A stretch of DNA of 64,000 nt from an uncultured Halobacteriales archaeon (GTDB lineage: Archaea > Halobacteriota > Halobacteria > Halobacteriales > Halobacteriaceae): positions 2,816 to 66,815 of the forward strand of contig CAZQNH010000002.1 of assembly GCA_964594685.1 (NCBI GenBank). Reading direction: 5' to 3'. The stretch's first letter is position 1; every line of letters begins with the position of its first letter. Below the pieces are notes generated by a model. That model was not told the origin of the DNA. It saw nothing but the letters and a program-made list of their open reading frames with translations, and did not search any database. A program made the translations under genes and the position numbers. Shown piece by piece: positions 1 to 9,686 of this stretch.

Positions 1-238
1 GCGGATGGCCCCGGAGAAACGGGATTACATGGTCATCGAGGACATCCCGGATGTCCTTCACGCGGGTCATGTTCACAAGCTGGGTGTCGGTGCGTATCAC
101 AACGTTCGGCTGGTGAACTCCGGCTGTTGGCAGTCCCAGACGGAGTTCCAGCGGAGTGTGAACATCGAACCAGACCCCGGAACGGCCCCGATCCTCGATC
201 TGGATACCCTCGAGGTGACGGTGCGGAAGTTCGCCTGA
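1..238 (+). CDS. polD1: DNA polymerase D small subunit (DP1), C-terminal fragment; 5' part lies outside the window
   Basis: Calcineurin-like phosphoesterase C-terminal motifs PDVLHAGHVH and VNSGCWQSQTEFQRSVNIEP, typical of DP1; stop TGA at 236-238. Confidence 0.92.
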   Translation, partial: RMAPEKRDYMVIEDIPDVLHAGHVHKLGVGAYHNVRLVNSGCWQSQTEFQRSVNIEPDPGTAPILDLDTLEVTVRKFA

Positions 239-411
239 ACGGTGAGTGGTCGTGTAAGCGGATTCTCGCAGGGGTATCGTTGTGGGATACCACCGGTAGA
301 GACTGCGTGGCTATGCCACCGCGAACAACGAGCGAGGATATCTCCGAGTGAATGAAAGAGGGCCCTGGCGTGAATGTCTCTCTAGAATCAATTCGGGCTC
401 AACGCCGTCGA

Positions 412-792
412 TCAGGTCGGGTACCGATACCGGCGTGAGGCCTCGCCTTCGAATATCGGTCCGTCGCCATGATACTCGAACCCTGCCGCCTCGACGGCAG
501 CCCGGAGCTCCTCGTCGCCCTGAGGGACGATGACTTCTATAGGGAACCCTTCCCGCTCCGCGAAGCGTCGTGGCTCCACGAGGAGCGCGTCGACGACCCG
601 TCGGTCGCCGACAAGCGTACTCACATGGACCGTCCCGTTCCAGGTGTCATAGGACAGGAACCCTTCCAGTTCGTCGCCCGACTCCGCCACAATCACCCGT
701 CGGTCCCGGACGAGACGGTCGGCGTCGAGGTCGCCGGGGACCAGCGACTCGATGCCCGGGGCGTCCCCCGGTGTGGCCTCCCGAACATCCAT
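412..792 (-). CDS. Small GNAT-fold-like conserved hypothetical protein
   Basis: 126 aa acidic ORF; 'VREATPGDA...VIVAESGDELEGFLSY...AVEAAGFE' resembles an acetyltransferase fold. Confidence 0.65.
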   Translation of the reverse strand: MDVREATPGDAPGIESLVPGDLDADRLVRDRRVIVAESGDELEGFLSYDTWNGTVHVSTLVGDRRVVDALLVEPRRFAEREGFPIEVIVPQGDEELRAAVEAAGFEYHGDGPIFEGEASRRYRYPT

Positions 793-967
793 GGATGGGC
801 CTTGGGAGCGAGATATTAATAGCCCAGGGCTTCGGTGGGCGAGACGTCCCGGCGAGACACGACCCGAGTGGTCCCGGGTGAAAAAACGCCCCGAAGGACA
901 GGATTATCCCCGCCCAGGGTTTCCCAAGGGGTATGAGTCTCTCTCACATCCTCGAGGGGTCGGTCGT

Positions 968-2152
968 ATGCGGATAGTCACAAAGTTCGGGGGAACCAGC
1001 CTGGGTAGCGGGGAACGCATCGAACGGGCGGCCGACTCCATCGCGGGGGTGGTGGAAGCTGGCCACCAGATAGCGGTCGTGGCGAGCGCGATGGGTGATA
1101 CAACCGACGAGCTCCTGGATACCATCAATTTCGAAGCGAGCGATCGTGACCAGGCCGAGATCGTCTCCATGGGCGAGCGGACAAGCGTTCGCCTGCTCAA
1201 GGCCGCGCTGTCGGCCCGTGACATCAACGCCGAATTCCTCGAACCCGGGCATCCCGATTGGCCCGTGGTGGCGAACGATGTCGGAGAGGTCGATGTCGAA
1301 GAGACCCAGCGCCGGGCGACCGCACTCGCCGAGCACCTCGAGGACACGGTACCGGTCATCACCGGTTTCCTCGCCGAAGATCTCGACGGGAACGTCACGA
1401 CCCTCGGTCGAGGGGGGAGTGACACCACCGCGGTGATGCTCGGCCGGTACATGCACGCCGACGAGGTGGTGATCGTCACCGACGTCGAAGGTATCATGAC
1501 GGGAGACCCGAACGTGGTCGAAGGGGCTCGGAACGTCGGCCAGATCACCGTCGACGAACTCCGGAACCTTTCCTTCCGTGGGGCAGAGGTGGTCGCACCG
1601 AGCGCACTAACCTTCAAAGACGCCGACCTCTCGATACGCGTCGTACACTACCAGCACGGCGATCTGCTCTCCGGCGGGACCGACATCGAGGGCCAGTTCG
1701 AGCACATGATCGACATGCGGGATACGCCACTGTCGTGTCTCACTGTCGCCGGGCGGGCGATCCGGAACCAGCCGGGCATCCTCGCGGTCCTCTCGGAGGC
1801 GCTGTTCGAGGCCGATATCAATATCGACGCGGTGGCTTCGGGAATGGACTCGGTGACCTTCTACGTCGACCACGACGTGGCCGAGACCGCAGAGGCCGTC
1901 CTCCACGACCGGGTCATCGAAGACCACACCCTCTCGAGTGTGACCGTCACCGAGGACATCGCGGTCATCCGGGTGCTGGGGACGGAGTTCCCCAACCAGC
2001 CGGGTGTCGTCCAGGGCATCGTGGGACCGATCGGGGAGGCCAGGATCAATCTCGTCGACGTCATCACCAGTGCGACGTCGGTCGCGGTCTTCGTCCCATG
2101 GGAGCACCGGGAGGACACGCTGTCGATCATCCAGGACGAGTTCGAGTCCTAA
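968..2152 (+). CDS. lysC: Aspartate kinase with C-terminal ACT domains
   Basis: MRIVTKFGGTSLG, VASAMG, TTLGRGGSDTTA and ACT-like repeats; ATG at 968. Confidence 0.97.
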   Translation: MRIVTKFGGTSLGSGERIERAADSIAGVVEAGHQIAVVASAMGDTTDELLDTINFEASDRDQAEIVSMGERTSVRLLKAALSARDINAEFLEPGHPDWPVVANDVGEVDVEETQRRATALAEHLEDTVPVITGFLAEDLDGNVTTLGRGGSDTTAVMLGRYMHADEVVIVTDVEGIMTGDPNVVEGARNVGQITVDELRNLSFRGAEVVAPSALTFKDADLSIRVVHYQHGDLLSGGTDIEGQFEHMIDMRDTPLSCLTVAGRAIRNQPGILAVLSEALFEADINIDAVASGMDSVTFYVDHDVAETAEAVLHDRVIEDHTLSSVTVTEDIAVIRVLGTEFPNQPGVVQGIVGPIGEARINLVDVITSATSVAVFVPWEHREDTLSIIQDEFES

Positions 2153-2241
2153 CTGGGCCAAAGACCGCCGTACTGGTGGGGCGGCCACGGATCTAGTGGG
2201 AGCGGCCAAGGCATAGAACATATCCACCCATGAAGCGCAAA

Positions 2242-2263
2242 TCTCTCTCTGTCTCTCTCTCTC
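2242..2263 (+). repeat. Short (TC)n microsatellite upstream of tnaA
   Basis: tctctctctgtctctctctctc. Confidence 0.8.
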
Positions 2264-2371
2264 GAAATCCGTCCGGCGATGTACACCCTTGGTGCGTGGG
2301 GCCCGGATACCGCCTTCGACGGATAGGTCCTTTCAGGAAGGCGTATGTGGCCTCGGGCGGGCGGAGTAGGT

Positions 2372-3739
2372 ATGCGATCGTACATCTCGAAGATGGTGTC
2401 CCCGATCACCCTCCCGCCGCGTGAAGAACGGGTGGCGAACATCGAGGCCGCCGGCTTCAATGTCTTCAATCTCGATGCAGCGGACGTTTTCGTCGACCTC
2501 CTCACCGACAGCGGCACCGGCACCATGAGCGCCGAACAGTGGGCCAGCCTCTTCCGTGGCGACGAAGCCTACGCCGGTAGCCGAAGCTTCCACGCCCTCC
2601 AGGAGGCCGTCGAAGACATCATGGGATTCGAGCAGGTCGTCCCTGCCCATCAGGGCCGCGGGGCGGAGAATGTCCTGTACGGCTCCATCATCGCGGAAGG
2701 GGACGTCGTGCCGAACAATACTCACTTCGACACGACACGAGCGCACGTCGTGGCCAACGGCGGCCAGCCCGTGGACTGCCCGGTTCCCGGGGCGATGGAT
2801 CCAGACGAAGCGGGTGATTTCAAAGGGAACTTCGACGTGGACGCGGCGAGGCGCCTGGCCGACCAGCACGGTACCGAGGCGATCCCGCTCGTCGTCCTCA
2901 CGATCACGAACAACTCGGCGGCGGGGCAGCCGGTGAGCATGGCGAATACCCGGGCGGTGCGCGAGTTGGCCGACGAACTCGACGCCACATTCGTCATCGA
3001 CGCGTGTCGGTTCGCGGAGAACGCCCACTTCGTCCGCGAACGCGAGGACGGTTACGCGAACACCACGGTGTCCGAAATCGCCAGCGAACAGCTCTCCTAC
3101 GCTGATGCCGTGGTCATGAGCGGAAAGAAGGACGGTATCGCGAACGTCGGGGGATTCGTCGGTGTCAGAGACGATGTCCTCTTCGAGCGGACGAAACAGC
3201 GCGCCATCCTCTACGAAGGCTTCTCGACGTACGGGGGCATGGCCGGCCGCGACCTGGAGGCCCTCGCCATCGGCCTCCGCGAGGCCGTCGAACCACCGTA
3301 CGTTGCAGAACGGGTCGCCCAGACCGAGGAACTCGCCGACCGGCTCGAGGCTGCGGGCGTGCCGGTCTATCGCCCCGTGGGTGGACACGCGGTGTACGTG
3401 GATGCGAGTGCGGCCCTCCCCCACATCCCCGACCAAAAGTTCCCCGGCCAGGCGTTCGTCGTCGAGCTATACACCGAAGGCGGCGTCCGTGGGGTCGAAC
3501 TCGGGAGCTTCGCGTTTCCGGACACCGACCGCCCGGAATTCGTCCGACTCGCGATCCCTCGCCGCACCTACCACCGCGAACACCTCGAACACGTGGCCGA
3601 AACCGGGGGCGCCGTGATGGACCGCGCCTCGGACGTGCGGGGGTACGAGGTCCGCAGGGAACCGCCGATGAAGGAACTCAGACACTTCTCGGCGGAACTC
3701 GCGCCAGTTGGCGACCGCGCGGCGATCGCCGGGGAGTAA
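2372..3739 (+). CDS. tnaA: Tryptophanase (PLP-dependent beta-eliminating lyase; tyrosine phenol-lyase not excluded)
   Basis: DLLTDSGT, HQGRGAE, DACRFAENA, PLP-lysine motif MSGKKDG, RLAIPRRTY. Confidence 0.93.
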   Translation: MRSYISKMVSPITLPPREERVANIEAAGFNVFNLDAADVFVDLLTDSGTGTMSAEQWASLFRGDEAYAGSRSFHALQEAVEDIMGFEQVVPAHQGRGAENVLYGSIIAEGDVVPNNTHFDTTRAHVVANGGQPVDCPVPGAMDPDEAGDFKGNFDVDAARRLADQHGTEAIPLVVLTITNNSAAGQPVSMANTRAVRELADELDATFVIDACRFAENAHFVREREDGYANTTVSEIASEQLSYADAVVMSGKKDGIANVGGFVGVRDDVLFERTKQRAILYEGFSTYGGMAGRDLEALAIGLREAVEPPYVAERVAQTEELADRLEAAGVPVYRPVGGHAVYVDASAALPHIPDQKFPGQAFVVELYTEGGVRGVELGSFAFPDTDRPEFVRLAIPRRTYHREHLEHVAETGGAVMDRASDVRGYEVRREPPMKELRHFSAELAPVGDRAAIAGE

Positions 3740-3898
3740 GGCGGTTCTCCCGGGGCCACGGAGAAACCGGTGTCGCTTGAGGAAATGGAGGAGGACGTTA
3801 CTTCCGCTGGGGTTTTGCATCGAGGGATACCTATCCGAGAGGGACTCGGCAGGCCCGATTCCGGTCCGGTGGGTATCCCCTCCAGAACCGAACTGTCC

Positions 3899-4558
3899 TC
3901 AGCGCCCGTCCCGGAGCCGGGAGCCGGTTTCGGGCGGAAGCCCCGCTTCCGCGACAGCCGTTTCCACCTGGTCGATGTTGTACTCGACCCGGTGTGGCGT
4001 TGCGGTCTCTGTGTCGAGGTCGAGCACGGCATAGGCCGCCCGCGGATCCCGGTCGCGTGGTTGGCCCACGCTTCCGGGGTTCAAGACGATGCCCGCGGTC
4101 GTCGACTCGACGTGTTGCACGTGGGTGTGGCCCATCACCAGCATTGATTCGTCCGCGAGGAGGTGCGATCCAAACTCCTCGGGATACGTGTAGCGATTGG
4201 GGTCCTCTGGGTGGCCATGCACGACCTTCAGCCGGTCGTCGAAGATGGTCCGCTCGGTGGGGAGGGACCCCAGCCACTCGACCTGGTCGTTGGTGAGTTC
4301 CCGCCGGGCATGGGTCACGCCGGCCTGAGCCATCCGGTTCGCCCCGAAGTTCCGGCCGGTCGCGACCTTCCGGTCGTGATTGCCCATAACCGTCGGGATA
4401 TCCCGTGAACGCATCGCCTCCACCGACTCGGCTGGCCAGGGGTTGTACCCAACCACGTCGCCGGCACAGACCATCTCGTCGACCGGCGGCATGTCCTCGA
4501 GGACCGCCTGTAGGGCGACCACGTTGCTGTGGATGTCGGAGATGACCCCGACGCGCAT
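3899..4558 (-). CDS. Metallophosphoesterase (YfcE/MJ0936-like)
   Basis: SDIHSN, CAGDVVGY, MGNHD, VHG, GHTH, NPGSVGQPRD motifs. Confidence 0.92.
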   Translation of the reverse strand: MRVGVISDIHSNVVALQAVLEDMPPVDEMVCAGDVVGYNPWPAESVEAMRSRDIPTVMGNHDRKVATGRNFGANRMAQAGVTHARRELTNDQVEWLGSLPTERTIFDDRLKVVHGHPEDPNRYTYPEEFGSHLLADESMLVMGHTHVQHVESTTAGIVLNPGSVGQPRDRDPRAAYAVLDLDTETATPHRVEYNIDQVETAVAEAGLPPETGSRLRDGR

Positions 4559-4712
4559 GTGGGGTCGTTTCGACGCCCGGTTGCAAAGTGTTTACCACCG
4601 CTATGGGCTGGCGCCACACGAAGCCGGCTCAGCACGCCCGCCGAACACGAGTTCCTCACCTGGACATATCGCGATGTCGTCGACCATCGATCAGATGGAG
4701 CGACGGCAGCGG

Positions 4713-5282
4713 TCACCCATTATATACTACGACCTCGAATCCCGCTTGGTTCCGACGAACCCCCGCTGCAGCGACCGGGTGCTCGAACTCGGCGTCGTAC
4801 ACGTCTCGGGCTGCATCCGCGGCCGAATCGACACTCCATTCGTAGGGCTCAGGGGTGTCTTTCTCGTAGGTCCCTACCAGCGTTGGCTCGTCGACCGCCC
4901 GCACAAGTAAGGCATCAGACCTGACGATACCGATCAGTGCGGACTCGCCCAACACGCCGACGATACGGGGGGTGTCGTAGTCGTCCTTCTCGAAGTCGAG
5001 GGCGAACAGCCCTGTGACCATGGCATCCCGCGGCGGGTAGCCCAGGTCGAGTTTCTCCGCGATGGGGTCGACGTGCGAGCCGTTCCCGAGGACGAGGGCG
5101 TCCCCACCCGGTCTCACGCAGTTGTACGAGACGTAGGGATTGTCCGTCGAAGGGGCGTCTGCGGTGGGGACGACGGTCAGGGTCTTCCCACGTTCGACCA
5201 CCTGTCGATTCGGAAAGGAGCGGGACGAAACCCGGTATGCGGCCGACTCGGGGCCGACGACGAGGAAGCGACCGATGTACAT
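4713..5282 (-). CDS. purO: Archaeal IMP cyclohydrolase PurO
   Basis: [47 protein letters not shown]-like motif ([12 protein letters not shown]); ATG at 5282. Confidence 0.95.
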   Translation of the reverse strand: MYIGRFLVVGPESAAYRVSSRSFPNRQVVERGKTLTVVPTADAPSTDNPYVSYNCVRPGGDALVLGNGSHVDPIAEKLDLGYPPRDAMVTGLFALDFEKDDYDTPRIVGVLGESALIGIVRSDALLVRAVDEPTLVGTYEKDTPEPYEWSVDSAADAARDVYDAEFEHPVAAAGVRRNQAGFEVVVYNG

Positions 5283-5473
5283 ACGGGTGGAAACCGGGAA
5301 CTGGGGCAAAAGGGTGGCGGTCCGCCCCATCGGCCGGCCCGTTGCAGGACACCTCCATGCAATTTATACTGTGGGAGAGGTGGGGGATCGGCTTCCGACC
5401 CCATGGCCGAATGTCGTTGCTCGATTCGCCAGAAAGGACCGACGACCTGGGGCTACACTCCTTCGCAACACTC

Positions 5474-5480
5474 TTAAAAT
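5474..5480 (+). promoter_or_regulatory. TATA box of the tRNA-Gln gene
   Basis: TTAAAAT ending about 23 bp upstream of the mature tRNA 5' end. Confidence 0.6.
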
Positions 5481-5502
5481 ACAGTCTCGTACCGGCTAAC
5501 GG

Positions 5503-5575
5503 AGTCCCATGGGGTAGTGGCCAATCCTGTCAGCTTCTGGGGCTGACGACCCAGGTTCGAATCCTGGTGGGACTA
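5503..5575 (+). tRNA. tRNA-Gln, anticodon CTG; no intron, CCA not encoded
   Basis: Acceptor stem AGTCCCA/TGGGACT, anticodon arm TCAGC-TTCTGGG-GCTGA, T arm CCAGG-TTCGAAT-CCTGG. Confidence 0.97.
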
Positions 5576-5772
5576 TCGACTCGACGTTTCGAACCCCTAT
5601 CGCCGTTTTCCCGTTACAGTGTTCCTTCAAGGACCCGCGTTACTCTGTTCCGTTCAGGGCTCTCGTGACACCGTTGCCAAGGCGGTACGTCGCTGGTGCG
5701 AGCAGAGCTTCAATCCCCGACCAGGCATTCTCGTTTGTGTGAGGAGAGACCAGCCGGCACCGTTCGGCGCGG

Positions 5773-6348
5773 TCACTCGGGCCGAAAAATCGGGAGTGTA
5801 TGGAGCGTGTGGACGTCACTGTGAGTGCGACCTTCCTCGAAGATGGCGGTTTTCGTCAGGACGTTCGCACCCACCGTTCCCAGGATTCGTTCGACCGAGG
5901 CCAAGGTCCCACCGGTCGAGACGACGTCATCCACGATCGCGACAGTGGTGTCATGGATCTTCTCCGCGGTTCGCCCGTCCAGTACGAGGTGCTGGGGTTC
6001 GTCGGTGGTGATGGAGTCAACCGTGACCGACACCGGGTCCTGCATGTAACTCTTTACGCTCTTCCGCACGACCACGTATTCGAGGTTTGTCTGTCGGGCG
6101 ATCGAGTGGGTCAACGGTAGTGCCTTTGCCTCCGGTGTCACCAGATAGTCGATCCGATCGGTGGCCAGGCCGTCGGCAAGCGCCGAGGCCGCAGCATCGA
6201 TGAACTCGGTATCGCCAAGCACTAGCCCCGCATCCGAGGCGATGTATACGTCGGGTTGGACTTCGACGAGCGGAAGCTCCCAGGCGTTGCCAAAGAGGGC
6301 GACTGTATACTGTCCTCGCCCGTCATAGGACTGTTCGAACTCAGGCAT
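5773..6348 (-). CDS. Type I purine phosphoribosyltransferase (Apt/Xpt-like)
   Basis: TPEAKALPL, VVVRKSVKSY and PRPP loop VAIVDDVVSTGGT. Confidence 0.9.
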   Translation of the reverse strand: MPEFEQSYDGRGQYTVALFGNAWELPLVEVQPDVYIASDAGLVLGDTEFIDAAASALADGLATDRIDYLVTPEAKALPLTHSIARQTNLEYVVVRKSVKSYMQDPVSVTVDSITTDEPQHLVLDGRTAEKIHDTTVAIVDDVVSTGGTLASVERILGTVGANVLTKTAIFEEGRTHSDVHTLHTLPIFRPE

Positions 6349-6354
6349 GGGCAG

Positions 6355-7143
6355 TCAGGCAAATCCCCCCAGCCACATCGTCAGGGTTCCAACCGTGAAG
6401 ACCACGCTCGTTCCGATGACCAGGTAATCCGGTTGGGAAAGGGACCCGTGGGTGGGCTGGGATCGATTGTTCGCGTTCGAAAACCCCTTCAATTCGAGCG
6501 CCATGGCAAGGTCTTCACTTGCCTGCACGCCCCTGACAACGGCCGGGACCAACACGGCGCTATTGGCCCGCAGCCTGGCACGAAGGCCACCACGATCCAG
6601 GACGGCCCCCCGAGCCTGCTGGGCGTGTCGTATCTCCCGGATCTCGTCGAGAAACACGTCCACCATCCGTAAGACCAACCCGAAGCCGAAAGCCACTTTG
6701 TACGGTACCTTGAGTTGGACGAGGGCGGCGACCAGCGCTTCTCGCCGAACGGTCATCAAGACGAACAAGGGCGTGGTTATCATGACGAGCAACCGAAGGG
6801 GCATTCCCAGGCCCCGATAGAGGGACGTTTTGGAGACCCGCAGGGGTCCGAAAGCCACGAGGGTCTGTGATCCTGCCCCAGCGAGGGAGAGGTGACCGAA
6901 AAAGGTCCAGAGGACGAAGGAAAAGAGCGCGAACGGGAGCAGTAGCCGGAGCCACTGGAACATCTCGGGGTGTACACGAGCGACCCGAGCGAGTGCGAGC
7001 ACCGTAAGGAAGACGGTGCCGATGACCAGCGGATTATCGAACAGGAGCCCGATCACGATCACGGTAACCGCCATGGCCAGGATCGCCCGGGGATCGAGTT
7101 CGTGGATGATGGAGTCACGATCCACGTACTCGACGACCTTCAT
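6355..7143 (-). CDS. ecfT: ECF transporter transmembrane component T (EcfT/CbiQ)
   Basis: Hydrophobic; AQQARG and ALELKGF (Ala-Arg-Gly-type motifs); HELDPRA N-terminus. Confidence 0.92.
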   Translation of the reverse strand: MKVVEYVDRDSIIHELDPRAILAMAVTVIVIGLLFDNPLVIGTVFLTVLALARVARVHPEMFQWLRLLLPFALFSFVLWTFFGHLSLAGAGSQTLVAFGPLRVSKTSLYRGLGMPLRLLVMITTPLFVLMTVRREALVAALVQLKVPYKVAFGFGLVLRMVDVFLDEIREIRHAQQARGAVLDRGGLRARLRANSAVLVPAVVRGVQASEDLAMALELKGFSNANNRSQPTHGSLSQPDYLVIGTSVVFTVGTLTMWLGGFA

Positions 7144-8657
7144 GTTCGTTTACTCACCCGTCCGTGTGCGGGTTCCTCGGTATCCGACCCATCACCCGAC
7201 GATGACTTACGCTCAGCGATTGCGCCGTTGCGGATCGCTAGCGTCCGGTCAGTCCAGGTGTCGACGATAGCCCAGTCATGCGATACCACGACGAGACTTC
7301 GATCTCCGCCCATGAACGCAGATTCGATCGCCTCCATGATGGCCCAGAACTCGCGGTAATCGAGCCCGGTCGATGGTTCGTCGAGGATCAGTACCGTCGG
7401 ATCGAGGGCTAACACGCTCGCGATAGCGAGCCGTTGTTTCTCCCCCCGCGACAGCGCGCCGACGGACGCCGACCGACGTCCCTCGAGTCCAACAATCGAT
7501 AGTGACTGGGCGACCCGTTTCTCGACCGAATCGACCCCGAGATTGCTCGGGCCAAACGCCACCTCTTCTCGGACCGTTGGGGCATACAACTGGGTATCCG
7601 GTTCCTGGAATACGTACCCGATATCCGAAGCGAGTTCGGCGGCCGGCGTCTCGGTCACATCCGTGCCTCGAAACTCGATCGATCCGGAGTCCGGGAGCAA
7701 TAGCCCGTTCAATTGCTTGGCGAGCGTCGTTTTGCCGGACCCGTTTGCCCCGACCAGGGCGAGGGTTTCGCCACGATCGATCTGCACGTCGAGGCCCTGA
7801 AGGACCGGCCCCGACCCGTAGCTGAAGTGGAGGTTTTCGACGGACAGGTTCGGCGATTTCCCACTGGTTGTGGGGCCAATCGCCGCCCCCGGCGGGGTTG
7901 GGGCGTCACGAACCGGAGGGTTCGCACTGGTGGGGGGAACCAATCCGAGGGCGGATTGGAGGGCTCTATCGGACCGAAATGCCGCACCAGGCAGGTCGTG
8001 AGCGAGACGCCCATCCCGGAGGACGAGGGCGCGGTCGGCTAACTCGGCGGTCTCGTCCAACTTCGATTGGGTCAGGAGCACTGTTTTCCCCTGCGAACGG
8101 AGGTCCGCGATCGTGTCCCGGATGATGGCACTGGCGTCGGGATCGAGATTGAAGGTCGGTTCGGCCACCAGGAAGATGTCGGGGTCTTTGGCCATCGCTG
8201 CCGCAAAGGCGACCCGGCGCTTTTCGCCGCCGGACAGGTCTTTGGGATCGGCAGATCGAAGGTCCGCGATCTTCAGTCTCGCCGTCACCGCCGATACACG
8301 TTCTTCGATGGTCGCCGAGGACAAACCCAGATTTTCCGGAGCCAGGCGAACGTCCTCATCGACGGTCAATCCAACGAGCTGGGTGGCGGGATTCGGAAAG
8401 ACGACCCCAATGCGTTCGGCCAGATTCGTTCCGGACAGGCGGCGCGTGTTCCGGGAATCGATCTCGACTGCACCCGTGAATCGGTCGACACGCCGAAGCT
8501 TAGGGATGACACCGACGAGTGTCAACCCCAATGCGAGTGTTGCTTTGGGGTCTTCACCCGTCAGCAGGACACAACTTCCGTCCGGAATCGACACCGACAG
8601 CTCTGTAAACCGCGGCGATCCGTCCGTCTCGACGCCAACATCGGTTGCTTCGATCAT
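7140..8657 (-). CDS. ecfA: ECF transporter ATPase with two fused ABC domains
   Basis: Domain 2 has GANGSGKTT, LSRGEKQR, ILDEPS; domain 1 is degenerate (GEDPKAT, LSGGEKRR, LVAEPT); ATGA overlap with ecfT. Confidence 0.92.
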   Translation of the reverse strand: MIEATDVGVETDGSPRFTELSVSIPDGSCVLLTGEDPKATLALGLTLVGVIPKLRRVDRFTGAVEIDSRNTRRLSGTNLAERIGVVFPNPATQLVGLTVDEDVRLAPENLGLSSATIEERVSAVTARLKIADLRSADPKDLSGGEKRRVAFAAAMAKDPDIFLVAEPTFNLDPDASAIIRDTIADLRSQGKTVLLTQSKLDETAELADRALVLRDGRLAHDLPGAAFRSDRALQSALGLVPPTSANPPVRDAPTPPGAAIGPTTSGKSPNLSVENLHFSYGSGPVLQGLDVQIDRGETLALVGANGSGKTTLAKQLNGLLLPDSGSIEFRGTDVTETPAAELASDIGYVFQEPDTQLYAPTVREEVAFGPSNLGVDSVEKRVAQSLSIVGLEGRRSASVGALSRGEKQRLAIASVLALDPTVLILDEPSTGLDYREFWAIMEAIESAFMGGDRSLVVVSHDWAIVDTWTDRTLAIRNGAIAERKSSSGDGSDTEEPAHGRVSKRT

Positions 8658-8666
8658 CGGGTGGCG

Positions 8667-9257
8667 TTAGTAGCGATACGAGAGAAGGTCCCGATCGCGG
8701 AGCACCGGGACGACCGCCCGGAGGACGATCGGCGTCCCGATGACGATCGCTGGCATGTCCGCGGGTACGAGGGTTCCGATGGCAGCGAAGAAGGGGGCGA
8801 CCCCGACGACTTCGAAGCCGAGGGCCACGATGGGAATCATGACAAGCCCGGCCACCGTCGCGATCAGCGTGGCTTTCGCGAGCCCAGCTGTCGTGTCACA
8901 GTCATCCGGCGTGAGCAGATACCCGGGGATCGCCCCCGTCAGACCGACCCCGACCAGGTCGAACACCGGCGTCGCGGGGTTGAAATAGCCGCCCAGGATG
9001 GCCCAGATGAGGTTTCCTACCCCACCGGCGATGAAACCGGTTCGCCATCCATAGAGCACGCCGAACACCACCGGGAGAAAGGCCATGATCCGCAATTGAA
9101 TGGCCCCAGGGATCAGCGGAATCGGTGCGGTTAACAGAAAGCCGACGCCGGTAATCGCCGACGTGATCGCCATCATGGCGACGATCCGGGCCTCCGAAGG
9201 CGTCTCATCGACCGACTTTTCGGGTTGGATTGTTCGGGTGGACTCGGAATGTCCCAT
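8667..9257 (-). CDS. ECF transporter substrate-binding S component
   Basis: About 195 aa, ~6 TM; 'FLPVVFGVLYGWRTGFIAGGVGNLIW' is S-component-like; first gene of the ecfA-ecfT-PRTase run. Confidence 0.85.
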   Translation of the reverse strand: MGHSESTRTIQPEKSVDETPSEARIVAMMAITSAITGVGFLLTAPIPLIPGAIQLRIMAFLPVVFGVLYGWRTGFIAGGVGNLIWAILGGYFNPATPVFDLVGVGLTGAIPGYLLTPDDCDTTAGLAKATLIATVAGLVMIPIVALGFEVVGVAPFFAAIGTLVPADMPAIVIGTPIVLRAVVPVLRDRDLLSYRY

Positions 9258-9686
9258 ACACAATATTCCAATTTCCGGCAGTCTAATAATTCTTTTTAGT
9301 CACGTTCATGCATATAACTGTGTTGAGAGACGGAAAGTAGCGAGCAGCCTTCGGCCGGAAACACATACCGCACTAATCAGCGAAGATGGCTGAAAACTCG
9401 CTTTCGATACTGATCTGAACACTCCGGGCGAACCCAACCGGCGGTCAGGCGATACCTCCGCGACGAAAAAGCCAAACCGACTCTCGAGTGGCTAGCTGTC
9501 GCAGGTGGACCGACGCAGCGAGAACAAGACCCTTCTGAGGGCGTATCGAGTCGGGGATATTAGTGACAGGCGTGGGGGCACTTGAAGGGCTGCAGTCTTT
9601 TGATTACTGAGATGCGCTTCCGGCCGGTCGAACGTCGCAACGGGGAGGCGGCCAGTAATCTCGACGCCGAAACGGATGGGCCCTTC

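Noticed and set aside
752-967. N-terminal extensions given by the ORF track for lysC (also purO, arsR, HMGR, glyS, mdh, SRAP)
   Set aside because: Family homology starts at downstream ATGs and the extensions are non-acidic; starts were trimmed accordingly.
5286-5312. ORB-like GTGGAAAC...GGGG upstream of purO
   Set aside because: Lacks the TCCA half and the correct G-string spacing, and it is a single copy.
9264-9686. Riboswitch upstream of the ECF operon, or a hidden ORF
   Set aside because: No purine, preQ1, TPP, cobalamin or FMN consensus recognised; only short open frames with no identifiable motif. An Infernal scan would be needed to exclude it fully.
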